DNA of 44,639 nucleotides from Dehalococcoidia bacterium (lineage in GTDB: Bacteria; Chloroflexota; Dehalococcoidia; DSTF01; JACRBR01), in assembly GCA_036278595.1 (NCBI GenBank), contig DASUKS010000116.1, positions 1-44,639 on the forward strand. Direction: 5' to 3'. The number at the start of each line of letters is the position of its first letter. Positions within the stretch are counted from its first letter, which is position 1. Below the pieces are notes generated by a model. The model did no database searches. It worked only from the letters and a program-made list of their open reading frames with translations, and was not told where the DNA came from. The translations under genes and the position numbers were made by a program. Below are positions 34,053 through 42,208 of the stretch, piece after piece.

Positions 34053-35960
34053 TCAATTTCCGCCGAACGAGAGCACGACTTCGCTGCTGTCCGCCGTCCA
34101 GTCGGCCATGTACGAAGCGGGATAGGCCAGCACCTGCACAGTGGCGCTCGTCGACAGGCTGACCAGTTGATTTCCGTTGACCGAGAACTCGCCGTCGGGT
34201 GAGATGCTGCCCAGCGGCGAGCGCGCCGGGTTGGAAACGAATGCTCTCAGTGCGGAGTTCAGGCTCCCGGGCGCGGCGGCACCGCCCGGGATGTCGATCA
34301 GCAGGCCTCTCGCGGGCGACGGCGTACCGTGTTCGTCGGTTCGCTCGACCTCGCTCAGCGCGAGGCGTCGCGCGCCCACCCACGCTGCGGCGTTTCCCGG
34401 CGCAGCGACCAAGTGTCCGGTCGAGAACACCGGAGCAGTGCCCGCGCTGGCCCCGGCGGCGAACACTTCGAACCGCAGCGAGCCGAACGGCGGGCAACTG
34501 GTGTTCGGTGCAGGGCCGCAGGAGGGGGGCAGCGTGCCGGTCGTCACGAGCAGGTAGTTCCCGTCGGAAGACCACGATAGCGGTTCGATATCGGACGCCC
34601 CTGTGCCGGCCGTGTTCTGCACGAGTACATAGCGTCCATCGGTAACCGGCGTCGTTGCGATGACGAGCGACTGCCGGCCGTTGTTCGTGTTGATGTACGC
34701 CGCGTGCTTGCCATCGGGCGAGAACGACGGCTGGCCGTTCACGCCGGGCGGCTGCGGGAAGTCGTGATCCTGGCCGGTCGCGACGTCGCGCACGAGGAAG
34801 CTGTAGATTCCGGCGGAAGGGATCTCGCGATCAACGAGGATCGTCCGTCCAGCGGGCGCCGGCGCCACGGCGCCGCCGATCGTACCGTCCTCCGGCGTCT
34901 TGAGGTCGATGGGCTGCAGCGCGGTTCCGTCGATATCGAAGATGACGAACGACTTGAGGTCGGTATCGTAGGCGACGAACGTCTTGCCGTCCTCGACCCA
35001 TTGCGCCTGCATGATGCGGTCCGCGGTGGGGATGATGCGGCAGTCGCCGGTCGCGCGGTCGACGATGACCGCGGCCATCGCCGGGCCGCCGCCGGCGGGC
35101 TGCGGCGGCGCACACGGCGGCCGCGGGCCACCGGCGAGCGCGGGGACATCCGGACCGCCGATGCGGACGGTCTGCGTCGAGAAGTCGCTGTCGAAACGTA
35201 CCTGCAGCCGCCACTCGCCGGCGGATGGCAGCTCGAAGCCGGTCACGAGGTAGACGCCGGGCAAGTCGACGCCGGGGCAGGCCGCCCCGGGACAGGTGAC
35301 GCACGTCACCGGTGCGGACAGGTGCTCGCCCGTGTCGACGTTGCCAGCCTGTACGACGTCCGGAAACTGCTGGACGGAAGGGAAGCCGGCGACGCAGCTG
35401 GTGGGCTCCGTGACGCGGAAGACGATTTTCAGGTTGCGGTCGCACAGTTGACCCGACGTGAGGTAGTCCTGCGAGAGGCCGAATCGCCAGAAGATCGGTG
35501 CCTCGCCGAGCTCGCGGGTCGACTCCCCGGCGCTCGCCGGTGCGCACGCGACCGGCGTGTTCGACACCGCCGCGCCGGCGTCCTGCGCGTCGGACCGCGG
35601 GCTGCCGGTCGTGAAGACGCCCCACGCGAGGAGGGCGATGCCGACCGCCGCGAGCGCGACGACGCCGCCGGCGGCCACGCGCGCAGGCGCGCCGACGCCT
35701 TCAATGCGGCGCAGCAGCCCGAGCGGCGCGAGGAGCCACGTGCGGCGTTCGGGCGGGGGCTGCCACGCGGCCGCCTCCTCGCGCGAGGTGACGGCGAGCT
35801 TGCCGAGGATCTCCGACACATGGAAGCGGGCGGTGGCCAGCGAGACGCCGAGCGCCGCCGCGATCTGCTCGTTGGTGCGCCGCTCGCGCAGGAGCGCCAG
35901 CACCTCCCACTCGCGCGGGGTGAGGATATCGGGGTGCTTCGGGCGGCCGCGGCCTGGCAT
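34053..35960 (-). CDS. Membrane-tethered LuxR/GerE-HTH regulator with Cys-rich plus PD40/TolB-like ectodomain, paralogue C
   Basis: 635 aa. HTH LTPREWEVLALLRERRTNEQIAAALGVSLATARFHVSEILGKL. TM segment VVALAAVGIALLAWGVF. A Cys-rich insert of about 170 aa is followed by FSPDGKHAAYI, WSSDGNYLLV and ISPDGEFSV. Confidence 0.85.
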   Translation of the reverse strand: MPGRGRPKHPDILTPREWEVLALLRERRTNEQIAAALGVSLATARFHVSEILGKLAVTSREEAAAWQPPPERRTWLLAPLGLLRRIEGVGAPARVAAGGVVALAAVGIALLAWGVFTTGSPRSDAQDAGAAVSNTPVACAPASAGESTRELGEAPIFWRFGLSQDYLTSGQLCDRNLKIVFRVTEPTSCVAGFPSVQQFPDVVQAGNVDTGEHLSAPVTCVTCPGAACPGVDLPGVYLVTGFELPSAGEWRLQVRFDSDFSTQTVRIGGPDVPALAGGPRPPCAPPQPAGGGPAMAAVIVDRATGDCRIIPTADRIMQAQWVEDGKTFVAYDTDLKSFVIFDIDGTALQPIDLKTPEDGTIGGAVAPAPAGRTILVDREIPSAGIYSFLVRDVATGQDHDFPQPPGVNGQPSFSPDGKHAAYINTNNGRQSLVIATTPVTDGRYVLVQNTAGTGASDIEPLSWSSDGNYLLVTTGTLPPSCGPAPNTSCPPFGSLRFEVFAAGASAGTAPVFSTGHLVAAPGNAAAWVGARRLALSEVERTDEHGTPSPARGLLIDIPGGAAAPGSLNSALRAFVSNPARSPLGSISPDGEFSVNGNQLVSLSTSATVQVLAYPASYMADWTADSSEVVLSFGGN

Positions 35961-35996
35961 GGGCCCGATCGTACGCGAAAGATCGCCGAATTACAC
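35961..35996 (-). promoter_or_regulatory. Candidate leaderless promoter of paralogue C
   Basis: Minus strand reads GTGTAA, 17 nt, TACGAT, 7 nt, ATG, with no SD. Conserved with 32370-32405. Confidence 0.4.
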
Positions 35997-36069
35997 TAGC
36001 CGCGGGCCGGAGGGGCGAGGAGGTAGGAGCGAGGAGCGTGAGGGGGCGTCAGATTCGGCCCCCGGCGCG

Positions 36070-36792
36070 CTACGAGCGCGGGTCCGAGGACATCATCGAC
36101 GCCGGCTCCCGCTCTTCGAGGTGGCCGTCTTCGAGCCAGACGATGCGGTCCGCGTACTTCAGCACGCGGTGGTCGTGGCTCACCATCAGCACCGCTGTGC
36201 CCATGTCGTGCGCGATCATCTGGAGCATCGACATCACCTCCGCGCCGCGGATGCCATCGAGACTCGCCGTCGGCTCATCGGCGAGGATGACGGCCGGGTT
36301 GTTGACGACCGCGCGGGCGATGGCGACGCGCTGACGTTCGCCGCCGCTCAGCGTCTTGATGCGCGCGTCCTTGCGGTGCGACAGGCCGAGGATCGAGAGC
36401 AGCTCCGTCGCGCGGGCGCTGGCTGACCTGCCGGGCATGCGGGCCTTGCGCAGCACGAGCTCGAGGTTCTGCAGCACCGTGAGCGACGACAGCAGGTTGA
36501 ACTCCTGGAAGACGAAGCCGATCGTGCGGAGCCGCACCTCCGCGAGCCGGCGCTCGCTCAGCGACGAAAGCGGCGTGCCGGCGACGATCACCTCACCCGA
36601 GGTGGGCTTGCGCAGCGCGCCGGCAATCGTCAGGAGCGTCGATTTGCCCGCGCCGGACGGCCCCATGATGATGACGACCTGGCGCGCCGGGATCTGGAGC
36701 GAGACGGACTTCATCGCGTGCGTCGGGTTGTCCTTCGCGCCGAACGTCTGGCTGACGTCGACGAGCTCGAGGACGGCGTCGCTGGTCGCCAT
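36070..36792 (-). CDS. ABC transporter ATP-binding protein (MacB/LolD-type)
   Basis: Walker A GPSGAGKST, Q-loop FVFQEFNLL, signature LSGGERQRVAIARA, Walker B ILADEPTASLD, H-loop VSHD. Starts 3 nt after the permease stop. Confidence 0.93.
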   Translation of the reverse strand: MATSDAVLELVDVSQTFGAKDNPTHAMKSVSLQIPARQVVIIMGPSGAGKSTLLTIAGALRKPTSGEVIVAGTPLSSLSERRLAEVRLRTIGFVFQEFNLLSSLTVLQNLELVLRKARMPGRSASARATELLSILGLSHRKDARIKTLSGGERQRVAIARAVVNNPAVILADEPTASLDGIRGAEVMSMLQMIAHDMGTAVLMVSHDHRVLKYADRIVWLEDGHLEEREPASMMSSDPRS

Positions 36793-36795
36793 GGC

Positions 36796-37905
36796 CTACC
36801 CCTTGAACGCGATCGCAGGATCGACGGAGCCGACGCGACGCGCCGGGACGATCGCCGCGCCCGCGGCCATGACGACGGTGGTGATGAGCACGAAGAGCAC
36901 GTCCTTCGCGCGGGTGTACACAATGAGTTGCGGGACGAGGCGCTGGGCGAACGGGCTGACCGCGAGCGTGAGTGCGACGCCGAAGACGAAGCCGACGACG
37001 CCGGTGATCATGCTCTGCACCAGCACCAGGCGGTAGAGGTCGAAGTTGTTGAATCCGATCGCCTTCATGACCCCGAACTCGCGCGCGCGCTCGATCGTCG
37101 CGGTGTAGATCGTCAGGCTGGTGATCGCGATGCCGACGATGAAGGCCAGCCCGACGATGAGGCCGATGATCGGGATGACGCTATCGAGGATCCGATGCCG
37201 TGTCGCCTGTGCGAACTCGTGTGAGCTGAAGACGGTGACGCCGGGGAGCGTGTCCTGCAGATCAGACCGCAGATGCGCCTGTGAGCCGCCGGGCTTCGTG
37301 CTGTACGTCCAGAACGTGACGAAGCCGGGCATATCCAGCAGGCTGCGCGCTGAGTCGAGGCTCACGAACGACGCCTGCGTGAAGGCGAAGTTGCCACCGC
37401 TGGTAATGCCGGTGACCTTGAACGACGTCTTGCCGCTCGTCAGCGTGTCGCCGATGCCGAGACCGGCGATGCGGGCGAGCGTCGAGTCGAGCACGATCTC
37501 TCCCGGCCCCGGATTCCCCTTGCCCTTCGTGATCTTCGGCGGCCCGCCGACGCCGGTCGTCTCGTCGTACCCGACGAGCTGGATATCGACGTTCTTTCCG
37601 TCGTGCTGGAACTGCATCGGCCGCACGATGAGCGGCGAGACGCTCTGCACGTCCGGGTGGTTGGCGATCTGCTGCCCCATCGAGTCGGGGAGGATCGATG
37701 CGGCTGCGATGAAGTCGTTCGTGCCCTGGCGGACGACCCATCCGTCGGCGTTGACGTCCTCGACGAAGCTGCCGACCTTCTGGTTCCACCCCTGGTACAT
37801 CCCGATGAGGATCGTGATGAGGAACACCGCGAAGCCGATGCCCGCCGCGGAGAACGCGAAGCGTGTGCGTTCGGTGATGAGGTTGCGCAGCGCGAGCTCG
37901 ATCAC
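36796..37905 (-). CDS. ABC transporter permease, FtsX/MacB family (DevC-like)
   Basis: 369 aa. TM1, then an extracytoplasmic domain of about 200 aa, then three C-terminal TM segments with the FtsX-type motif ERAREFGVMKAIGF. The GTG start overlaps the patatin stop (GTGA). Confidence 0.88.
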   Translation of the reverse strand: MIELALRNLITERTRFAFSAAGIGFAVFLITILIGMYQGWNQKVGSFVEDVNADGWVVRQGTNDFIAAASILPDSMGQQIANHPDVQSVSPLIVRPMQFQHDGKNVDIQLVGYDETTGVGGPPKITKGKGNPGPGEIVLDSTLARIAGLGIGDTLTSGKTSFKVTGITSGGNFAFTQASFVSLDSARSLLDMPGFVTFWTYSTKPGGSQAHLRSDLQDTLPGVTVFSSHEFAQATRHRILDSVIPIIGLIVGLAFIVGIAITSLTIYTATIERAREFGVMKAIGFNNFDLYRLVLVQSMITGVVGFVFGVALTLAVSPFAQRLVPQLIVYTRAKDVLFVLITTVVMAAGAAIVPARRVGSVDPAIAFKG

Positions 37906-39635
37906 GCGGTCCTCGCGTAGGGCATGACGGCCGCGAACCGCTCGCGCGCGGCGAGGATGGCACGCTCGCCCTCGATGGCAATCGCCTCGCCATGACGGAA
38001 GTCGCGAATGCCGCCACGGTCGATCGACACCTCAACCGTGACGTCGGCCTGTTCGTTGCTCATCTCGGAGATGCGGTTGTTCATGATCTCGAACGTCCTC
38101 GAAATGGTCTCGACGGCGAACGGGCGCGACGGCCGCACGTCGAGCTGCTCGCGCGGGGAGGTGTGCTTGCCGGTGAGCCGCACGCCGATGACGACGCCCG
38201 CGCCGAGCTCGCGGCACTGCGCGACGGGCACGGGGTTGAGCACCGCGCCATCGACCAGGTAGCTGCCGTTCGCGGGGACGGGCGGATACACGCCGGGGAG
38301 CGCCATGCTGGCCATGATACAGGGCCAGAGCACGCCGGAGGTGAAGGTCACCGCGGATCTCCGGAAGAGGTCGGTGGCGACGAGCGCCAGCGGTATGTCG
38401 AGATCCTCGAACCGGCGTTCGCCGGCGATCTGCTTGAGCGCGTCGCGTATGCCGCGGTTGCTCAGGAACGAGCGGAGCGGGAGCGTCGGCCGGACGGCGC
38501 GCGAGCTGACGCGCTCGACCGCCTCGGTCAGTTCCTGGACGGACAGGCCGGCCGCGCGCCCGGCGGCGATCGCGGAGCCGATGCTGCAGCCCGTGATGAC
38601 ATCGATCGGCAGCCGGAGCTCGTCGAGCGCGCGCAGGACGCCGAGATGGGCGAGACCCTTCGCCGCACCGGCGCCGAGCGCGACGCCGACCGTGCGGTGC
38701 GTCATGGTGCGGGCAAGCCTCGCGACGGGAGCGTTCGGTCCTCCTGCGCCGGCATCGGGCGGCAGGACGGCGATGACCGGGCTGCCCCAGATGGAGGTGA
38801 GCTGTCGCAGCTCCGGCTGCGTCCACGGGCGGTAGGCGACGACAGCCACGCGAAGCCCTTCCGCCGCGCGGAGTTCGCCGGGTGTGCGCGCGACCTGCAG
38901 CAGCTCGGCGCCCGCCGCCTCGATGTCGCTGAGTGGGGCGTCGGTGAGCACCAGCGCATGCGCGTACTCGTGGCCGAAGCCAACGAGCATCGCGGGGAGC
39001 TCGACGAGTTCCGGTTGCTCGATGCGGCGGACGGTGACCCGCCGATCTTCGACGAGGTGCGCACGGGCGGCGGCGGCGAGCGCTTCGCCGACGACGAGCA
39101 CGAGGACGCGCCCGACTCCGGTGGCCGCGATCTCCTTGGGCAGCGCAGCGATCGCCGGGATGTCTTCGCTGCGGCAGAAGATGACGTGCGAGGCGACGCC
39201 GTGGCGTGCCATCAGCCGCTCGTTCGCCCGCTTGAGCCGCCCCGCGAGGATGCTGGAGAGCGCTTCGACGAGCCGTATCCGCAGGTCGCCGACACCCACG
39301 AGCGCATCGCGGTCGATGGCGTGCGAGCGGACGGGGGTGAGCGCCACCACGCTGGCCGAAGCCGGTTCGCCCGTGAGCAGGGACATCTCGCCGATACACT
39401 CGCCGCTGCCCAGACGGCCCAGCTCGCGGCGCTCGCCCGATGGCGTGGTCGCGACCACGGTCGCAACGCCCTCGGAGATCACCTGAAACGGCGGCTCGAT
39501 CGTGCCCTGCGCGACCAGCACCTCCCCGGGGGCGAACGCGCGCTCGGTCATGAATGTGCGGAGGTCTGCCCACTCGCGCTGCGAGAGGAGTTGGGGGAGC
39601 GTACTGGCCGGTGCCCAGGGCTTGATGTCCTGCAA
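37902..39635 (-). CDS. Cyclic-nucleotide-binding domain / patatin-like phospholipase fusion protein
   Basis: 577 aa, TTG start. N-terminal CAP_ED-type motif FAPGEVLVAQG...LGSGECIGEMSLLTGEPASASVVA. C-terminal patatin motifs are the oxyanion GAGAAKG, the nucleophile GCSIG (GxSxG) and DGAVLNPVP (catalytic Asp). Confidence 0.88.
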   Translation of the reverse strand: MQDIKPWAPASTLPQLLSQREWADLRTFMTERAFAPGEVLVAQGTIEPPFQVISEGVATVVATTPSGERRELGRLGSGECIGEMSLLTGEPASASVVALTPVRSHAIDRDALVGVGDLRIRLVEALSSILAGRLKRANERLMARHGVASHVIFCRSEDIPAIAALPKEIAATGVGRVLVLVVGEALAAAARAHLVEDRRVTVRRIEQPELVELPAMLVGFGHEYAHALVLTDAPLSDIEAAGAELLQVARTPGELRAAEGLRVAVVAYRPWTQPELRQLTSIWGSPVIAVLPPDAGAGGPNAPVARLARTMTHRTVGVALGAGAAKGLAHLGVLRALDELRLPIDVITGCSIGSAIAAGRAAGLSVQELTEAVERVSSRAVRPTLPLRSFLSNRGIRDALKQIAGERRFEDLDIPLALVATDLFRRSAVTFTSGVLWPCIMASMALPGVYPPVPANGSYLVDGAVLNPVPVAQCRELGAGVVIGVRLTGKHTSPREQLDVRPSRPFAVETISRTFEIMNNRISEMSNEQADVTVEVSIDRGGIRDFRHGEAIAIEGERAILAARERFAAVMPYARTA

Positions 39636-39931
39636 AGGGGCTGCTCTCTAGCCAGAAGATGATAGTCCGCCAATACGTCGTCGCCGGATGGTACACGACC
39701 GGAGCGATTGGCGGGGAACGAACGTCGGCGCGCCTCACCAGCTACCTCGCGGCATCCACGGGGAGGTTTCCGTCGAAAGGCGGAGGCGTGATTCCGCCGC
39801 GCGCGCGATACGGCGGACGGCCGCGAGCGCGACAGTGACCACGAGGCGCCAGCGCCGCGAATTTGAGTCGCGGGCTGGGCAACCGGGCGCCGGGCGGAAG
39901 CGAGCCGGCGCCGGACCGAGAGGAGGAAGCA

Positions 39932-42151
39932 ATGTTCACATGGCTATCACCGGACAAGCTGGCGGCACGGAGCACCCGGCACCCGTGGTGGGTCCTGGGC
40001 GCCTGGGTCGTGCTGCTCGCCGTCGCGCTGTTCGCGGCGTCGAGCGTGAAGGTAGATGAGGAGCAGCGGCTCCCGGGGACGGACTCCGCGCGCGCGGAGC
40101 AGCTGCTCGAGCAGCTGCGGGGCCCGGACATCCCGCAGGAGGCGGTCGTCGTGCAGTCGACCCACGGCGCTTCGGTCGACTCGCCGGCGTTCCGCGCATA
40201 CGTGACCGCGCTGACATCGAAGCTGCGGGCGCTCGACGGCACCGTGAAGGCGGCGTCGAACGTCTACGAGACGGGCGACGCCTCGCTCGTCTCGGTCGAC
40301 AAGACGGAGACATTGATTCCGGTCGAGCTCACAGGCAAGAAGGTCGACGCAGCTGACACGGTCGATCCGTTGCTCGACACGATCAAGGCGGAGAGCAATG
40401 GCGACTTCCGCGTGATCACCGCTGGCGATGGCAGTATCGCGAAGGACATCAGCGGGGTGGCGAAGAGCGACCTGAAGAGCGCAGAGCTCATCGGCATCCC
40501 GGCGGCGCTGGTGGTGCTGGTGCTGGTGTTCGGCGCGGCCGCGGCCGCCGGCGTGCCGATCGTGCTGGCGCTGCTCGCGATCGTGTTCGCGGCCGGGCTG
40601 ACGGCGCTGATCAGCCAGTTCACGCCGGTGAACAGCATCACGACGAACATGATCACGATGATCGGGCTCGCCGTGGGGATCGACTACACGCTGTTCATCG
40701 TCGAGCGGTTCCGCGAGGAGCGCGGCCGCGGCGCCGAGAAGGTGCAGTCGATCGTGACGGCGGGCGCGACGGCGAGCCGGGCGGTGCTGTTCTCGGGGAT
40801 CACGGTGATGATCGCGCTGGCGGGGCTCTTCATCGTCCCTTCGAGCACCTTCCACGCGCTGGCGATCGGCGCGCTGACCGTCGTGCTGGGCGCTGTGCTC
40901 GCGGCGTTGACGCTGTTGCCGGCCGTGCTGGCGCTGCTCGACAGGAAGATCAACTGGCTGCACCTGCCGGGGCGGAGCCGCGTGCAGACCCACGAAGGCA
41001 GCGGCGGCTTCTTCGGACGCGCGACGGAGCTCGTGATGCGGCACCCGGTGGTGTCGATCGTGGCCTCGGTGGCGCTGCTGCTGGCCGCGGCTGCTCCGGT
41101 CGTGCAGATGAACATCGGAAACGCGCCGGTGGACGCGATGCCGGCGGACCTCGCGTCGGTGAAGGCGTTCAAGGTGCTCGACCGCGACTTCTCGGCCGGG
41201 CGGATCGCGCCGGCGGACGTCGTCATCAAGGGCGACCTGAACTCACCGAAGGTGCAGGGTTCTATCAGCGAGCTGCGCGACCTCCTCCGTGCGGACCCGG
41301 CCGTGAACCACGTCGGGGACCTGGAGACCAACGCCGATGGCACGCTGGGCACGATGCCCGTCGTCCTGAAGGGCGACCCGAGCAGCTCAGAGGCGGCGGA
41401 TGCCGTGCGGCACATCCGGTCGGACATCGTGCCGTCAGCGTTCGACGGCACGCAGGCCGAAGTCGTGCTCGGCGGCATGCCCGCGAGCACGACGGACTAC
41501 ATCGACACGATGCAGTCGTACCTGCCGATCGTGATGGCGTTCGTGCTGACGTTGAGCTTCGTGCTGCTCATGGTCGTCTTCCGTTCGATCGTCATCCCCG
41601 TGAAGGCGATCATCATGAACCTGCTGTCGGTCGGGGCGGCGTACGGGCTGCTGGTGCTGGTCTTCCAGCACGGCGTCGGTGCGGACCTGTTCGGCTTCAC
41701 GCAGGTCGATGTCATCGCCGCGTGGTTGCCGGTGTTCCTGTTCACGGTGCTGTTTGGCCTGTCGATGGACTATCACGTGTTCCTGCTGAGCAGGATCCAG
41801 GAGCGGTTCATCAAGACGCGCGACAACCGGGCATCGGTGGCGTACGGCCTGCGCAGCACGGCGCACATCATTACGGGCGCCGCGGCGATCATGGTGGCGG
41901 TGTTCACGGGCTTCGCGCTGGGCGACGTCGTCGAGATCCAGCAGATGGGCTTCGGGCTCGCCGTGGCGGTCTTCCTCGACGCGACGATCGTGCGGTCGGT
42001 GCTGGTGCCGGCGAGCATGGAGATGCTTGGGGAGTGGAACTGGTACCTGCCGTCGTGGCTGGGCTGGCTGCCGCGGATCAACGTCGAAGGCCCGCGGCCC
42101 GTGTTGGCGCGCGCGCCAATCGAGGACGTGCCCGGGGTGGCTGCCGGCTAA
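39932..42151 (+). CDS. MMPL-family (RND superfamily) membrane transporter
   Basis: ATG 39932 lies 4 nt after GAGGAGGA. About 740 aa with a duplicated organisation of TM1, soluble loop and 5 TM segments, and MMPL-type motifs (GIDYTLFIVERFREE, GLSMDYHVFLLSRIQE). The ORF-track start 39863 adds 23 unlikely residues. Confidence 0.9.
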   Translation: MFTWLSPDKLAARSTRHPWWVLGAWVVLLAVALFAASSVKVDEEQRLPGTDSARAEQLLEQLRGPDIPQEAVVVQSTHGASVDSPAFRAYVTALTSKLRALDGTVKAASNVYETGDASLVSVDKTETLIPVELTGKKVDAADTVDPLLDTIKAESNGDFRVITAGDGSIAKDISGVAKSDLKSAELIGIPAALVVLVLVFGAAAAAGVPIVLALLAIVFAAGLTALISQFTPVNSITTNMITMIGLAVGIDYTLFIVERFREERGRGAEKVQSIVTAGATASRAVLFSGITVMIALAGLFIVPSSTFHALAIGALTVVLGAVLAALTLLPAVLALLDRKINWLHLPGRSRVQTHEGSGGFFGRATELVMRHPVVSIVASVALLLAAAAPVVQMNIGNAPVDAMPADLASVKAFKVLDRDFSAGRIAPADVVIKGDLNSPKVQGSISELRDLLRADPAVNHVGDLETNADGTLGTMPVVLKGDPSSSEAADAVRHIRSDIVPSAFDGTQAEVVLGGMPASTTDYIDTMQSYLPIVMAFVLTLSFVLLMVVFRSIVIPVKAIIMNLLSVGAAYGLLVLVFQHGVGADLFGFTQVDVIAAWLPVFLFTVLFGLSMDYHVFLLSRIQERFIKTRDNRASVAYGLRSTAHIITGAAAIMVAVFTGFALGDVVEIQQMGFGLAVAVFLDATIVRSVLVPASMEMLGEWNWYLPSWLGWLPRINVEGPRPVLARAPIEDVPGVAAG

Positions 42152-42174
42152 GGCGTGAGGCGACGATACGACGC

Positions 42175-42208
42175 GAAGGGGCGTCTCCCATACGGGAGGC
42201 GTCCCTTC
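42175..42208 (+). terminator. Strong hairpin after the MMPL gene (terminator candidate without a U-tract)
   Basis: GAAGGGGCGTCTCCC atac GGGAGGCGTCCCTTC forms a 15-bp stem (two G-U pairs), 24 nt after the stop. Followed by TGCGTGCGG rather than a T-run. Confidence 0.5.

Noticed and set aside
30963-35960. The three conserved-N-terminus / variable-C-terminus genes as a diversity-generating retroelement or phase-variation (shufflon) locus
   Set aside because: There is no reverse transcriptase, no template/variable repeat pair and no invertase or recombinase. The repeats are direct, not inverted. The divergent parts differ in length and sequence far beyond A-specific mutagenesis.
37902-39635. Patatin protein as a CBASS (CapV-like) or Pycsar-type defence effector
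   Set aside because: No CD-NTase or pyrimidine cyclase gene is nearby, and no other defence genes are present. The CAP-domain-plus-patatin fusion with a long middle region fits the housekeeping NTE/RssA-like family better. This remains formally untested.
37992-39738. Two long alternative-frame ORFs over the patatin gene (37992..39662 plus strand, 38032..39738 minus strand)
   Set aside because: Only the 37902..39635 frame contains the CAP-domain and patatin GxGxxG / GxSxG / DGA motifs. The others are Arg/Gly/Ala-rich shadows.
39863-39931. GTG 39863 as the MMPL start
   Set aside because: The strong GAGGAGGA box sits just before ATG 39932. The 23 extra residues are hydrophilic and precede the expected N-terminal region MFTWLSPDKLAARSTRHPWWVL.
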